The notes under the pieces are model-generated. The model made no database searches, was not told the origin of the DNA, and saw only the letters and a program-made list of their open reading frames with translations. A DNA stretch of 37,397 bases from Octopus bimaculoides (Eukaryota), in assembly GCF_001194135.2 (NCBI RefSeq), contig NC_068992.1:33943876-33981272 (forward strand). The letters are read 5' to 3'. Positions 1 through 11,012 of the stretch are shown here, in pieces; the stretch's first letter is position 1, and each line of letters opens with the position of its first letter. The position numbers and the translations under genes were made by a program.

Positions 1-4
1 TAGA

Positions 5-70
5 GTTAGGGTTAGGGTTAGGGTTACGGTTACGGTTACGGTTAACAGTCTAGTTAGGGTTAGGGTTAGG
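5..70 (+). repeat. Interstitial telomere-like hexamer array
   Basis: (GTTAGG)x3 at 5-22, (GTTACG)x3 at 23-40, a 12-nt spacer, then (GTTAGG)x3 at 53-70. Confidence 0.85.
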
Positions 71-349
71 GGATTAATACGATATACACCGTTACAGCGC
101 TAACTGTTTTCAACTTAATAGACGTCAGTGATTAGTAGAAATTATCGAAATAAGACAATTTTTTACATGAAATAAATTCGAATACAAAAATATTTTTCTG
201 TTCTATAACACAAAATAGATAAGTATACGAAAAGTTTTTCCGTACCAAAAACACTACATAAAACATAAATGAAAACTGGCGCCCCCGTTTTGATTTACTG
301 GAATATGTTATTTTTTTAATAATGTATCATTTGTATAATATAAAAATTT

Positions 350-350
350 A

Positions 351-385
<35 letters not shown>

Positions 386-420
386 ATATATATCCATATC
401 TATCTATCTATCTATCTCTC
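350..420. repeat. (TCTA)n/(TA)n microsatellite
   Basis: Read directly; it abuts the inferred LINE 5' end. Confidence 0.95.
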
Positions 421-630
421 GACTGACATGATGTCGCATTGGCTCCGCAGGTAATCCCTATTTTGACCTTTTATTGCATACATCTTGTTTCAATTTTTGC
501 ACACTAGGTGTGCAAAGCACCCAGTTTTCGTTTGAGTATTTTCAAGGGAGGAATTGACCCCTAGGAGTAGTTTCAAACCTATTTACTTTTTTTATTTTCT
601 TCAATTTCCTTGCCATATTTCGAAACAAAT

Positions 631-2340
631 ATGGCTATGCAAAACCATGAGGCCGACTTCCCGCCTCTACCAATGCTAGAGGTGAAGGAAGCTGAAAGCA
701 AAACCGTTCCACATGAACGCACACAGGCCTTAGAAGGCACGAATGCTTCTGCTAGTATAATCACTGCTTTCACCACTGCTACCACCACAACCAACACGAA
801 TACGGATAACAATTTTGCCGTGGCTTTGAAGCCAAAGAAACGACTAATGCATTTCTCGAAAGAAAAATTACTTGCCTGCAAAAAAATGTTTACAAAAAAT
901 GAAGTCACCATTCAATTACAGACACCTGAAAACACTACAAAAAATATCGCAAAAAAAAACCCAATCATTTACAAGACACTCAACGCAAAAACAAAAGTAC
1001 ATGAAACAGCCACTCATGGAAATGTGGTAAAATATTTAAAGCCCATATGGACCTTTTAAAACTACATAATGAGGGAAACAGGTTTGCGATGATTGCAGTA
1101 AGATTCGACAGTGAAGAGCGAGCCAAGGACCTCTCTGCAAGGTCCTTTCAACATGAAAATCTCCTCATGATCCCTACATACCTTGGTCGTAAGGTCACAA
1201 AAATTAAAATAAAAATGTGCCCCACCCCACCCATACTGAAATTGAAATAAAATGGCTCGTGTCTGCCATTTGCTATGACATCGAGGACGAAATTCATATA
1301 TTGGAAACTGCTGCCCAGGACCAGCAAAACTGGATTGGCCAAGAAATCGAGATTCTTGCTCAGATAGATCCAGTGAATTTTGAAAAAATTCCCCACCGAA
1401 TCCAATTGACAGAGGATTCGAGCTTGCATGAAGTTGTCGAAGGCAGAAAGCCAAGTTGCTACGTCTTTGGTAGCAAAACACATTTAAAAACTAAATGTCC
1501 ACTAGCACAGAAACAACAGCAACGACAACAACAAGACCACGAGAAACAACAACAACCACAAGAAAATCAAAAAACCGAATAAAAACCAGTACTACTACCC
1601 ACACCACCATATGCACAATTAATTAAGCAGCTCTACAAACAAATAAAGGAACATCAGCAACCAACAAGCCAGCCAAACCAAACATCACCAGCGCCACCAA
1701 AAATAGATACAACACCATCATCACCAACAACAACAACAGCTCCACATGAAGAAGAGGAAACCAAAAAGACTCATACCCCACACCCAAAATTCCAAACACC
1801 ACATCTCAACTGTCACCAAACAGCACCACCACCACCAACAACAAAATCAACACACTCAGTAATAGATCCCAATACCCTTCCCCTCCCACCCTCTGATTTC
1901 TCCGACATGTCGTCAGATGAAGACGACACAGAGGATTGGCAAGTGGCCACAGGGTGAAGGAGAAAAAGGTAAAAAAAGAATAGAGAAGCAGACAAACAAA
2001 GCGAGGAGGATTACCACTCCCGAAACCAAAACACCAGCAGAAAACAAAAGCAACAACACAAACACACCAACACCAAACCCTCCAACAATGTTGACAGCTA
2101 TAAACACCTACAATCCAGACCTAATGAGATACATTAGGTCAAACACCAACATAACAGAAAATGATACCAAAACAAAGTATCACCCACGCACAACACCACC
2201 ACAACACATTAAAATCATACATGGAACACAGAACACACACAGGGCACTGAAATCTCTCTACCCGGATGCAGTAGGGTGATTTCAAAAATACTTCTCTAAA
2301 AAACTATATAAAACCTTCTGGAAGAAGACTGTGAGATGAA
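631..2340 (+). pseudogene. Tx1 ORF1 (gag-like nucleic-acid-binding protein), frameshifted
   Basis: ATG at 631 (MAMQNHEADFPPLP). Pieces in ORFs 610-1059, 1047-1250, 1217-1582 and 1917-2279. VVEGRKPSCYVFGSKTHLKTKCP at 1457-1498 is a CCHC knuckle with its second Cys changed to Phe. A Q/P/T-rich low-complexity region follows. Confidence 0.75.
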
Positions 2341-2366
2341 GGACAAAGAATTTTCAGACAGTAAGT

Positions 2367-2368
<2 letters not shown>

Positions 2369-2413
<45 letters not shown>

Positions 2414-2511
2414 TCCCTCTTTCTCTTTCTCTCTCTCACACACTATCTCTTACTCACACTGTCTCTTTCTCTCTCTCTCTCACACACACTCTCTCTCTCT
2501 CTCTTTCTCTC
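2369..2511. repeat. (CT)n/(CA)n tract between ORF1 and ORF2
   Basis: Read directly. Confidence 0.95.
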
Positions 2512-2553
2512 TTGTCTTGATTTCGAGTGAAAAACACAAACTTCGACAGGAAC

Positions 2554-5500
2554 ATGCTCAAAATAGGTTGTATGGCTTGGGGTCGCCTTGGAAACAAGAC
2601 TACCTGTTAAATGACATCAAGTCACAAAATCTGAATAACATAGCCATCAGCGAGACCAGACTCTACAGCCTGCGAGCCCTCCAGCACATGCTTGGCGGAC
2701 ATTTTCACATTTATTTTTCTCCGTGTCTGCCGAGAATGGATGGAGGAGATACCGCGGTGCTTCTTCGGAAGTGTCTGGACCTCAAAGTAAGAGCAATATT
2801 TCTAGAACCGGAGGGTAGGCTGGTCGCCTTGGATGTCGATGGCAGCAATGGGTGTGCTTTTCGACTGATAACAGTTTATGCACCATCCTTAACAAGCCAG
2901 CCAGGTTTCTTTCAACATCTAGAGATTTTCCTGAGAACGTCACGACCTTTATTTTTAGTGGGGGATTGGAATGCTACCCTGGACACGCATCTAGACTACG
3001 TGGGAACAGACAGTAATAGGAAGGGATGCAAATGCCTCAAAGACCTGCTCAGACGTTTCCAACTGTCTGACAGGTACCGACTGGACCACCCGAATGTGCC
3101 AATATGGACACGGAGCAACCGCATCAAGTCATCCAGAACGTATTTAGATAGTGTAGGATAGTGGATAAGGATAGCATAGGTTGTCAACATTTCCACATAG
3201 TCAGCTACACAAACTACAAATTTGTGACTTGTACACTTGACTTGGATAAGACACATAGGCAGAGTCCCGCTTACTGGAAGCTGAATGTGTCGTTCATGGC
3301 ACGCCAGGCGTACAGGTACTGGATGAGCACATTAGTTAAGAGAGCATTGACGGGTGCCATCATCAACAACAGATGGTGGTATGCCCTAAAGAAAGCTATT
3401 AAAGCAGAATCGGTTAGGTACAGTACGACTCCTAGCATTAGACCGAAATAGAATAGAGGCAGACCTAGTTAAGAAATTAGAAGAGTCACTTAGAACTGGC
3501 ATCGCATCCAACGTACTGACGGCGAGGTTGGCCCTCGACCAACACTACAGTGCCAAACACGAAGGATGCGTTGTCAGAGCTAGGATGCATGCTCTGAGGA
3601 ATGAAGGAGTTGGAGCCTCCCGAGAGGCCTGAGTGGTGGAGGCGCAACGAGGCAACAGAGCCACCATTAGGTCCCTGACAGATGAAGAGGGGCGCGAAGT
3701 ACTCGAGCCTGAAAGGATATCTGAGGCCTTTCAGCAACACTTTGCCCCACAGTTCGGGACAACTGATGGGTCAGAACGCAGGGTGGACTTTATTCCCTAC
3801 CTGCATGTTCTGCCATGACTCTCAGCAAGGGAGGCAGTGTTGTGAAAGATCCATCACAGCTGCGGACGTATGGGATGCAATGGCAGGCTGCGCAGGAAAC
3901 CAGTCACCAGGCTTGGATGGCCTGCCCTACAAACTTTATTGTCATATGCCAGACTTGTTTGGAGGTGTCTTGGCAGCTGTCTACTGCAACTGGCAGAAAA
4001 ACAGGAGTATCCCCGTCTTTGTAAAGCGAGGAGCGGTGGCACTGCTAAAGAAAGATCCAAACAAGGGGAACATCATAGATAACTTCAGGCCCATCACTCT
4101 GCTCAAAGCAGATTTGAAAATTTTGGCCAAGTTGTTAGCCGAGAGATTGGTGCATGTTATCGAGAAACTAGTCGACAAGGCTGAGATGTGTGCCGTACCG
4201 GGTGGGAGTATCCATGACAACCTCCATCCGATGCGCTACGTCATAGACAAGGTAGTTAAGGAACCTGGCATGAGTGGGGCGCTGGTCAGTTTGGATCAAT
4301 CAAAAGCTTTCGATGGGGTAGACCATCACTACTTGGAGGCTGTCCTTAGAGCGGCTGGTTTTGGTCCCATCTTCCGTGGTTGGATCGCTGCCTTATACAG
4401 TGGCATCCCCTCGGCAGTTCATGTAAATGGTCATCTATCCAGACCATTTGACATTATGCATTCGGTTCGTCAAGGATGCTCCCTCTCGTCACTTCTGTAT
4501 GTATTTACTCTTGAGCCACTACTACGGAAACTGGTGATGATGAGGAGCATCCCACGAGAGCTGGGATGCGGGAGAAGTGTGTCTGCATATGCAGGCAACG
4601 TCACCGTCATAGTGTCGAGCCACAAGCACATCGATCTGGTTGGCGAGACACTAAAAGAATACGAAGCGGTAATGGGACCAAATATTAACCGGGTAAAGTC
4701 AGTGGGCTTGCGGCTCGGCACCTGGAGAACAAGTTCATGCTGTCCAACAGCGTCACCATCATGGGATGCTGGACCGATGGACCGGTTAAATTGCTTGGAG
4801 TCTGGTTTGGTCTGGGCCTCCAGATGGAGAAGAATTGGTGCAAAATAACCACTATGGTGGCCACTCTCACCCAGCAATGGGCCGAGAGGAAGCTATCCCT
4901 AAAAGGTCGCATCCATCATCGAGTACCATCTGACCATCGTGCCTTGTGCCGACCCTACCATCACCAAACTGGAACGCATACTCTTCAGCTTCTTGTGGAA
5001 GAGAAGCGTTCCGATGGTTAGGCGATCCATTTGCTGTCAACACCTGCTACATGTAGGGCTAGGCATGCTGTGGTTGATGATGCGCAGACATGCACTGAGA
5101 CTGGGACATCTCCGACGCTTCATAGACGACGGTGAACAGGTGTGGTCGCCGTTTGTGCGGCGTGCTTTCCTGCAGCTTGTCTCATTGGCTGAACTGCAGT
5201 CATGGATCAAACAGAGACCGAGGATAGGCGAATGGCACCACGAGTTTCATGTTACTTTCAAGCAACTCTGCCGTCCGGGACCAAACTTGTGCGACTTCCT
5301 TACAACAAAGGCTTCTATAGAGGATTAGTGGAGGGGAGGTGCGACGACGTTCTCGGACAGAATCTGGGCATCGATGAGGAACACCTAACCCGCCTGGTCA
5401 GGACAACTTTCGGGCCGGGACCTATGGACAATCACCAAAGATTCCTGGCCTGGCAGTGCTATCGAGTAGCATTACCTGTTCGGGATAAACTCTGCAGGCA

Positions 5501-5884
5501 CGGTTCGAGACACACTGGACAGACTTGCCGAGATGCGGTCAGAGCAACGAAACCATTCTGCACGCACTCGTGCAGTATCCAACCGTTTCGAACTTGTGTG
5601 CTTATGCTAAATGGCTGTTGTCACGTGTGGGACGAGTCCGCCTGTCGGCCGAGTCTGTCGTGATAATTGCTCCGCCACCTTACCTCAACCGGAAAGGCAA
5701 GGCAGTCTTCATCGTACTGGTGGCCATGGTGAAAGAATGCATGTGGTGGACTCGAGCGAAAGAATTAGAGACAAACATTTACCTCTCTAGCCAATCGCTC
5801 ATCAACTTATTCAAGTTCCACTTGAAAAGGAAGGTGAAAATGGAGAGGCAGGTTTTGTCTCGTGAAAGTTTCAAAAAAATGTAG
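2554..5884 (+). pseudogene. Tx1 ORF2: APE endonuclease, reverse transcriptase and C-terminal zinc finger, with multiple stops and frameshifts
   Basis: ATG at 2554 (MLKIGC). APE motifs IAISETRL, LVGDWNA, DRYRLDHP. RT motifs SPGLDGLP, NFRPITLL, DQSKAFDGV, VRQGCSLS; YADD is mutated to YAGN. C-terminal CPRCGQSNETILHALVQ at about 5524-5582. Confidence 0.92.
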
Positions 5885-5948
5885 GTGAATGTAGCAAAGA
5901 TGATGCGTGCGAGTGTTGAAACCACTTTGAGCATGATCCTGTAAATCG

Positions 5949-5951
<3 letters not shown>

Positions 5952-5980
<29 letters not shown>
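5952..5980. repeat. (AG)14 tract in the LINE 3' UTR
   Basis: Read directly. Confidence 0.95.
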
Positions 5981-5982
<2 letters not shown>

Positions 5983-6570
5983 TTTGCTCTCATGTGTTTA
6001 TTCCCTCCCTGCCTGAAGTTACCGTGGTCTTTTCCATAGGCTTTTCTTTCCACGGATAAACCAAATCTTGCTTTTTACATTTTAAAAATTCTTCTGCGAT
6101 ACACGATCCCTTTTGATCGCCTTTTTTTCCCCAACCCCTTTTGATCGGAATATACACATATATACATATCGTTACTATTATGTTATACTGTCATGTGTTC
6201 GAATTAAACCAAATGCATTTTTTTTAATATCTAATTTTGCTTACAATAACCAGTTGTTTGCGTCAAACTATCATATCATCAACTGCTTCAGATGCCAAGA
6301 CATGAAAACTTTCAAAGTGTAATACAATGGTCTAGCATTTTTCAAAAGTGTAGTAAGTCCCACATACAACAGTTTTGCAAAAATATTTCTGGCTGAAGAT
6401 ATCATACATGCATGGTGTTACAAGTTTATTCACCCAACAATGTATTATTGTTAAGCTGAAATTGTTGCTAATGTAAAAAGAAACGGTATGGTAAAACTAC
6501 GTTTTTGTTTCCTGAAAATGTAACATTTTGGACTTACGAGACATTTGCATAACAACTGTATCTTTATATA

Positions 6571-7000
6571 TACTCTTTACTCTCTCTTTTACTCTTTTAC
6601 TTGTTTCAGTCTTTTTGACTGTGGCCATGCTGGAGCACCGCCTTTAGTCGAGCCAATCGACCCCAGGACTTATTCTTTGGAAGCCTAGTACTTATTCTAT
6701 CGGTCTCTTTTGCTGAACCGCTAAGTTATGGGGACGTAAACACACCAGCATCGGTTGCCAAGCGATGTGGGGGGGACAAACACAGACATACAAACACATA
6801 CACACACATACATATATATATATATATACATATATACGACGTGCTTCTTTCAGTTTCCATCTACCAAATCCACTCACAAAGCTTTGGTCGGCCCGAGGCT
6901 ATAGTTGAAGACACTTGAGCAAGGTGTCACGCAGTGGGACTGAACCCGGAACCATGTGGTTGGTAAGCAAGCTATTTACTACACAGCCACTCCTACGCCT
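6571..7000 (-). mobile_element. tRNA-derived SINE, family A (CORE-like, octopus OR/OK-type), complete
   Basis: Minus strand starts AGGCGTAGGAGTGGCTGTGTAG (A box). B box GGTTCAGTCC at 6937-6946. CORE-like CCTTGCTCAAGTGTCTT, internal TA/TG microsatellite, AAAGAGT-type tail, TATATA on both flanks. Homologous to 10096-10464 and 22205-22575. Confidence 0.88.
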
Positions 7001-7401
7001 ATATATAGAGAGATAAACAGACAGGCTGACAGACATATATATACAGACAGATACAGATATATATAGGTATATATATACATACATACATACACGCACACAC
7101 AAAATATCGTAGCAAAATTTCACAGTCTACCCATGACATAATAAACAATATTTACCCAATATCTAATCCTTCTATACAAAGTAATAAGTTCTATATTTTA
7201 TATCAGATAATATTTACCCTATGGAAGATATATTTTTATATACTTTAAAACTTACTTTACAATACTCAGGTACACACTCATAAAAGATGCAGACATGGCT
7301 ATGTTGTCAGAAAGTTTACTTTACAGTAATGTGGTTTGAGATACTGTGTAGCTGACTACATACTGCTAAGTCATTTTGGTGATCAGAATTGTATGAAGCT
7401 T

Positions 7402-7403
<2 letters not shown>

Positions 7404-7445
<42 letters not shown>

Positions 7446-7572
7446 TGTGTGTGAGTGTGNNNNNNNNNNGTGTGTGTGTGTGTGTGTGCGCGTGTGTGTG
7501 AGTGTGCATGTGTGTGTGCATGTGTATGTGTGTGTGTGTATTTGTGTGTGTGTGTATGTATGCATGTATGTA
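7404..7572. repeat. (GT)n microsatellite with a 10-N gap
   Basis: Read directly; N at 7460-7469. Confidence 0.95.
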
Positions 7573-7574
7573 TT

Positions 7575-8580
7575 TAATCATTTAAATTCTTCCTCAGAAG
7601 AAGGAGCTGGTTTCTAACAAAGATGCAAAGCTCCATCTTCTGAATGTAGCCAACGGAAAAAATGTCACATTTTAGACCTGAGAAAAGTCTTGCATAGTTT
7701 TACTGTTCTGCTTGCAGATTGTATTTGTAATGTACGAATTGGTCGGTTGATTTCTTTCTCTGAAAAGCCAGGCATATCCAGAATGACAGTTAGGCAGAAC
7801 CAAGTGCTCCAGTTATTATTGGTATAAATGTAAATTTGTAACCTGGACATAGTTGTCCATAGTTATCTTCTTTCCCTTTGATTTTCAAAGAGATATTCAT
7901 ATCAGCAGGACAACTGTCTCAAACTACAATATCCAGCCTGTTATACTTGCACTGAGAGAGACTATGCAACATTCAAAGGCTGTCTGCACTGATCTCAAGC
8001 CCCTTTCTCTTTTATTTCATCTTAGGTAGAGCTTGTTGATATCACTATTTTTATGGAGATTTCCAGTTGATGCTAGAATCTTGCAGGTTTTAATGTCTAT
8101 GGAGCAGATTTCTTCTACAGACCAGTCAAGTATACCAAATATTGGAATCAGCCCTTGTACTGCAAATGCATTGTGGGATATTGTCTTGTTGTAAGAGGAG
8201 AGTTTGGACTGTCATATTTATTAGTCTGGTATAATATTCTTGGGTTACTCTATCTTTATTCACAGCACCTTGGTATGATATATTTTCATCAATGACAAGG
8301 TTCTTTGTGTGGGGCAGGAGAGATAATGAGACCATTGATGCACAGGTTTTGTGTCTCAGTGACTGACTTTCCCTGTTCAACAATTAAATAAAAACATTTC
8401 TTCTGGCCAAATTTCATTCCCATGTCAGCTGAAAATAATGTTATTAATTCCAGTTGTCTTTTGGCATTGTTAACATTTTTAGCATGAATCTTAAGGTCAT
8501 CCACAAAGAAATTATAAGTTACGTTAATATTTCTTGAAGTTGCAGAGCCTAGCATGTAGCCATATGTTTTTTGTAGCACG
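7575..8580 (-). mobile_element. 5'-truncated, internally deleted R4/Dong-clade retrotransposon (RT end plus restriction-like endonuclease)
   Basis: NFFVDDLKIHAK, DMGMKFGQKKC, IDENISYQGAVNKDRVTQEYY, NSDINKLYLR..ERGL, then NRLDIVV*D, SCPAD, KEDNYGQL, FIPIITGALG, TVKLCKTFL; ORF ends near 7665. Confidence 0.82.
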
Positions 8581-8615
8581 AATGATAATGTATGTATGTA
8601 TGTATGTATGCATGT

Positions 8616-8993
8616 GGAGGCGCAATGGCACAGTGGTTAGAGCAGCGGTCTCGCGGTCATAGGATCGCGGTTTCGATTCCCAGACCGGGTGTTGTGAGTG
8701 TTTATTGAGCGAAAACACCTAAAGCTCCACGAGGCTCCAGCAGGGGATGGTGGTAAACCCTGGTGTACTCTTTCACCACAACTTTCTCTCACTCTTACTT
8801 TCTGTTGTGCCTGTAATTCAAAGGGTCAGCCTTGTCACACTGTGTCACGCTGAATATCCCCGAGAACTACGTTAAGGGTACACGTGTTTGTGGAGTGCTC
8901 AGCCACTTGCACATTAATTTCACGAGTAGGCTGTTCCGTTGATCAGATCAACTGGAACCCACGACGTCGTAAACGACGGAGTGCCAACAACAA
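8616..8993 (+). mobile_element. tRNA-derived SINE, family B, complete with 12-bp target-site duplication
   Basis: A box TGGCACAGTGG at 8626-8636, B box GGTTTCGATTCC at 8669-8680, tail CCAACAACAA. TSD ATGTATGCATGT (8604-8615) versus ATGTATGCATAT (8994-9005). Confidence 0.9.
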
Positions 8994-9089
8994 ATGTATG
9001 CATATATTTGTGTGTGTGTGTGTGTGTGTGTATTTATAGATTGTTTGAAGTGATGTACAGATTTTATAGGATAATTCTTTATTAATGCA

Positions 9090-9640
9090 CTTTATTAACA
9101 CACAAATGGATCTAAATTAGTGACATATATAACCATTAGTATTTACCATACACATATATATTTACTCATTAACTTTACTGTTTTCTTCAGTGTTTTCACT
9201 ACCTTCCCTTTCACTCTACAACACCCTCCTCTCACCTACAATACAATCACATCTACACACCATCCTCCTACACTCCACAATCCCACACCACCACATTCCA
9301 ACACTTGCACATTTCCAGTACCTAAAAAAAACATATGAACTCCTTACACACCTACCCCTAAACCTATTCCTATATACAGATACCCTTCTATGTATGTACA
9401 CACCTTCTTTCCACCTAACTCTTCCCCATAGAACTACATTTATAGCTGATCCCTAAACTTTTTCTTTCTTTTTTTCCCATCACCTTTCCTCCTTTAATTG
9501 TTTCTTTCCTGTCCTTTTAGTTTTTGATGAAGGACAAACATCAGAAACGTCAAAAGTTCTTTCCTTTCCTTTTAAACAATAAGCTATTAACACCATTGTT
9601 AAAATTTGTCCTCGTTTCATTTTCTTTGCTTTCTCATTAC
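9090..9640 (+). mobile_element. Decayed Penelope-like terminal repeat (pLTR) remnant
   Basis: C/A-skewed then pyrimidine-rich DNA surrounding a hammerhead-like core at 9521-9556. No coding remnant recognised. Confidence 0.45.
9521..9556 (+). ncRNA. Degenerate minimal type I hammerhead ribozyme
   Basis: TTTT-TGATGA-AGGACAAACATCA-GAAAC-GTC-AAAAG. Core C3 is missing; helix III is the loopless palindrome ACGT. Confidence 0.55.
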
Positions 9641-9644
9641 CTGA

Positions 9645-9660
9645 TGTGTGTGTGTGTGTT

Positions 9661-9700
<40 letters not shown>

Positions 9701-9917
9701 NNNNNNNNNNNNNNNNNNNNNNNNNNNNNNNNNNNNNNNNNNNNNNNNNNNNNNNNNNNNNNNNNNNNNNNNNNNNNNNNNNNNNNNNNNNNNNNNNNNN
9801 NNNNNNNNNNNNNNNNNNNNNNNNNNNNNNNNNNNNNNNNNNNNNNNNNNNNNNNNNNNNNNNNNNNNNNNNNNNNNNNNNNNNNNNNNNNTGTGTGTGT
9901 GTGTGTGTGTGTGTGTG
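9645..9917. repeat. (GT)n microsatellite spanning a 191-N gap
   Basis: Read directly; N at 9701-9891. Confidence 0.95.
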
Positions 9918-10095
9918 TTTACTGAGTTACAAATAGTGAAATCATTTGCTAACTCTGCACTTTTGAGTATGTGAGGATAAACAGAAAAAGTTTAGTTATA
10001 AGAAAGGCATCAGTTGCAAAACAATGTTTCCAAAATATGTATTCATCTAACCCAAACTGGCATGGAAAATTGGTCATAAAACGAACATATATATC

Positions 10096-10464
10096 CTTTA
10101 TCTTTTATCTTTTACTTGTGTCATTCATTGGACTGCTGCCATACTAAGGAAATGCCTAGAAGAATTTTAGTTGAACAATCCGTCTCCAGTATTTATTCTA
10201 TCAGTCTCTTTTGCTGAACTGATATGTTATGTAGTTGTAAACACACCAACACTTGTTGATAAGTGGCAGTGGGGGACAAATACAGACATAAAGGCATACA
10301 CACACATATAAATATAATGGGCTTCTTTTAGTTCCCATCTACCAAATCCACTCACAAGGCTTTGGTTAGCCTGAGGCTATAATAGAAGACACTTGCCCAA
10401 GGTGCCAGGCAGTGGGATTGAACCAAGAAGAAAACTTTTTTACCACCAAGTCATGCCTGTGCCT
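10096..10464 (-). mobile_element. SINE family A, diverged copy
   Basis: Shares CTACCAAATCCACTCACAAGGCTTTGG, GAAGACACTTGCCCAAGGTG and GGGATTGAACC with 6571-7000. Confidence 0.85.
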
Positions 10465-10817
10465 AAAAAAAGTAGCCAGCATGACACTTCAGAGAATCGA
10501 TCCCTGTTCCTCTCAAATTCCAGCTCACACACTAATATACATATATATGCGATTTGTTTTATATTAGCTGAACAGATTTATTTCTGTACCTCAAATAAAT
10601 GTTTAGAAGGGTGTAGTGTACTATTGCTTATATTACTTTCTTACCATATAATTTACACACATACATATCTATGCATGTACTCACATAAACATAACCATTT
10701 TCAAAAACACACACATATATATAATGAAGCTAACATACATATATAGCTAGCTAATATGGTGCTACTTCAGAATGTCACATAGCTTTCAAGAATAATAAAT
10801 ATTTAGTATTAACTAAC

Positions 10818-11012
10818 ATTCTGGTACTTTTGCCAGAACTTTCTCTGTTGCCTCATCAATTCATCTCCTGTATAAGAACCACATGGTTTAGGTTTTTGAC
10901 TTGAAGACAAACGAGAAATTTTAATAGATATCAAACTGACAATTGAAGTGGTGAAAAATAAAAACCTACAATGAGTCGCCCAATCAATTCTAATTATATT
11001 GCAAGGCACTGT
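10818..11012 (-). CDS. Candidate internal host exon, unidentified protein
   Basis: Acceptor CTTTCTTTTTCAAAG, 195 nt open in phase 0 (TVPCNIIRIDWATHCRFLFFTTSIVSLISIKISRLSSSQKPKPCGSYTGDELMRQQRKFWQKYQN), donor GTTAGT. No homolog recognised. Confidence 0.35.

Larger units (their letters stand above)
421..6150 (+). mobile_element. Near full-length, inactivated L1/Tx1-clade non-LTR retrotransposon
   Basis: ORF1 remnant with a zinc knuckle, then an ORF2 remnant with APE, RT and a C-terminal CCHC in the order expected for Tx1. Ends inferred from the flanking microsatellite-like DNA. Confidence 0.9.

Noticed and set aside
1-70. True chromosome end
   Set aside because: The array is short, interrupted and in the wrong orientation for a left telomere.
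579-5663. Minus-strand and alternate-frame ORFs over the Tx1 element
   Set aside because: They are antisense or shifted shadows of the TE frames and carry no motifs of their own.
7430-7510. Duplicated GTGTGCGCGTGTGTGTGAGTGTG on both sides of the 10-N gap
   Set aside because: Most likely unmerged contig overlap, not biology.
7336-7617. CV/HT-repeat ORFs, also at 9524-9974 and 24293-24550
   Set aside because: These are microsatellite and N-gap translations.
8616-8700. tRNA gene (also 6925-7000)
   Set aside because: A and B boxes are present, but the sequence continues into a SINE body, tail and TSD, with no proper cloverleaf or terminator.
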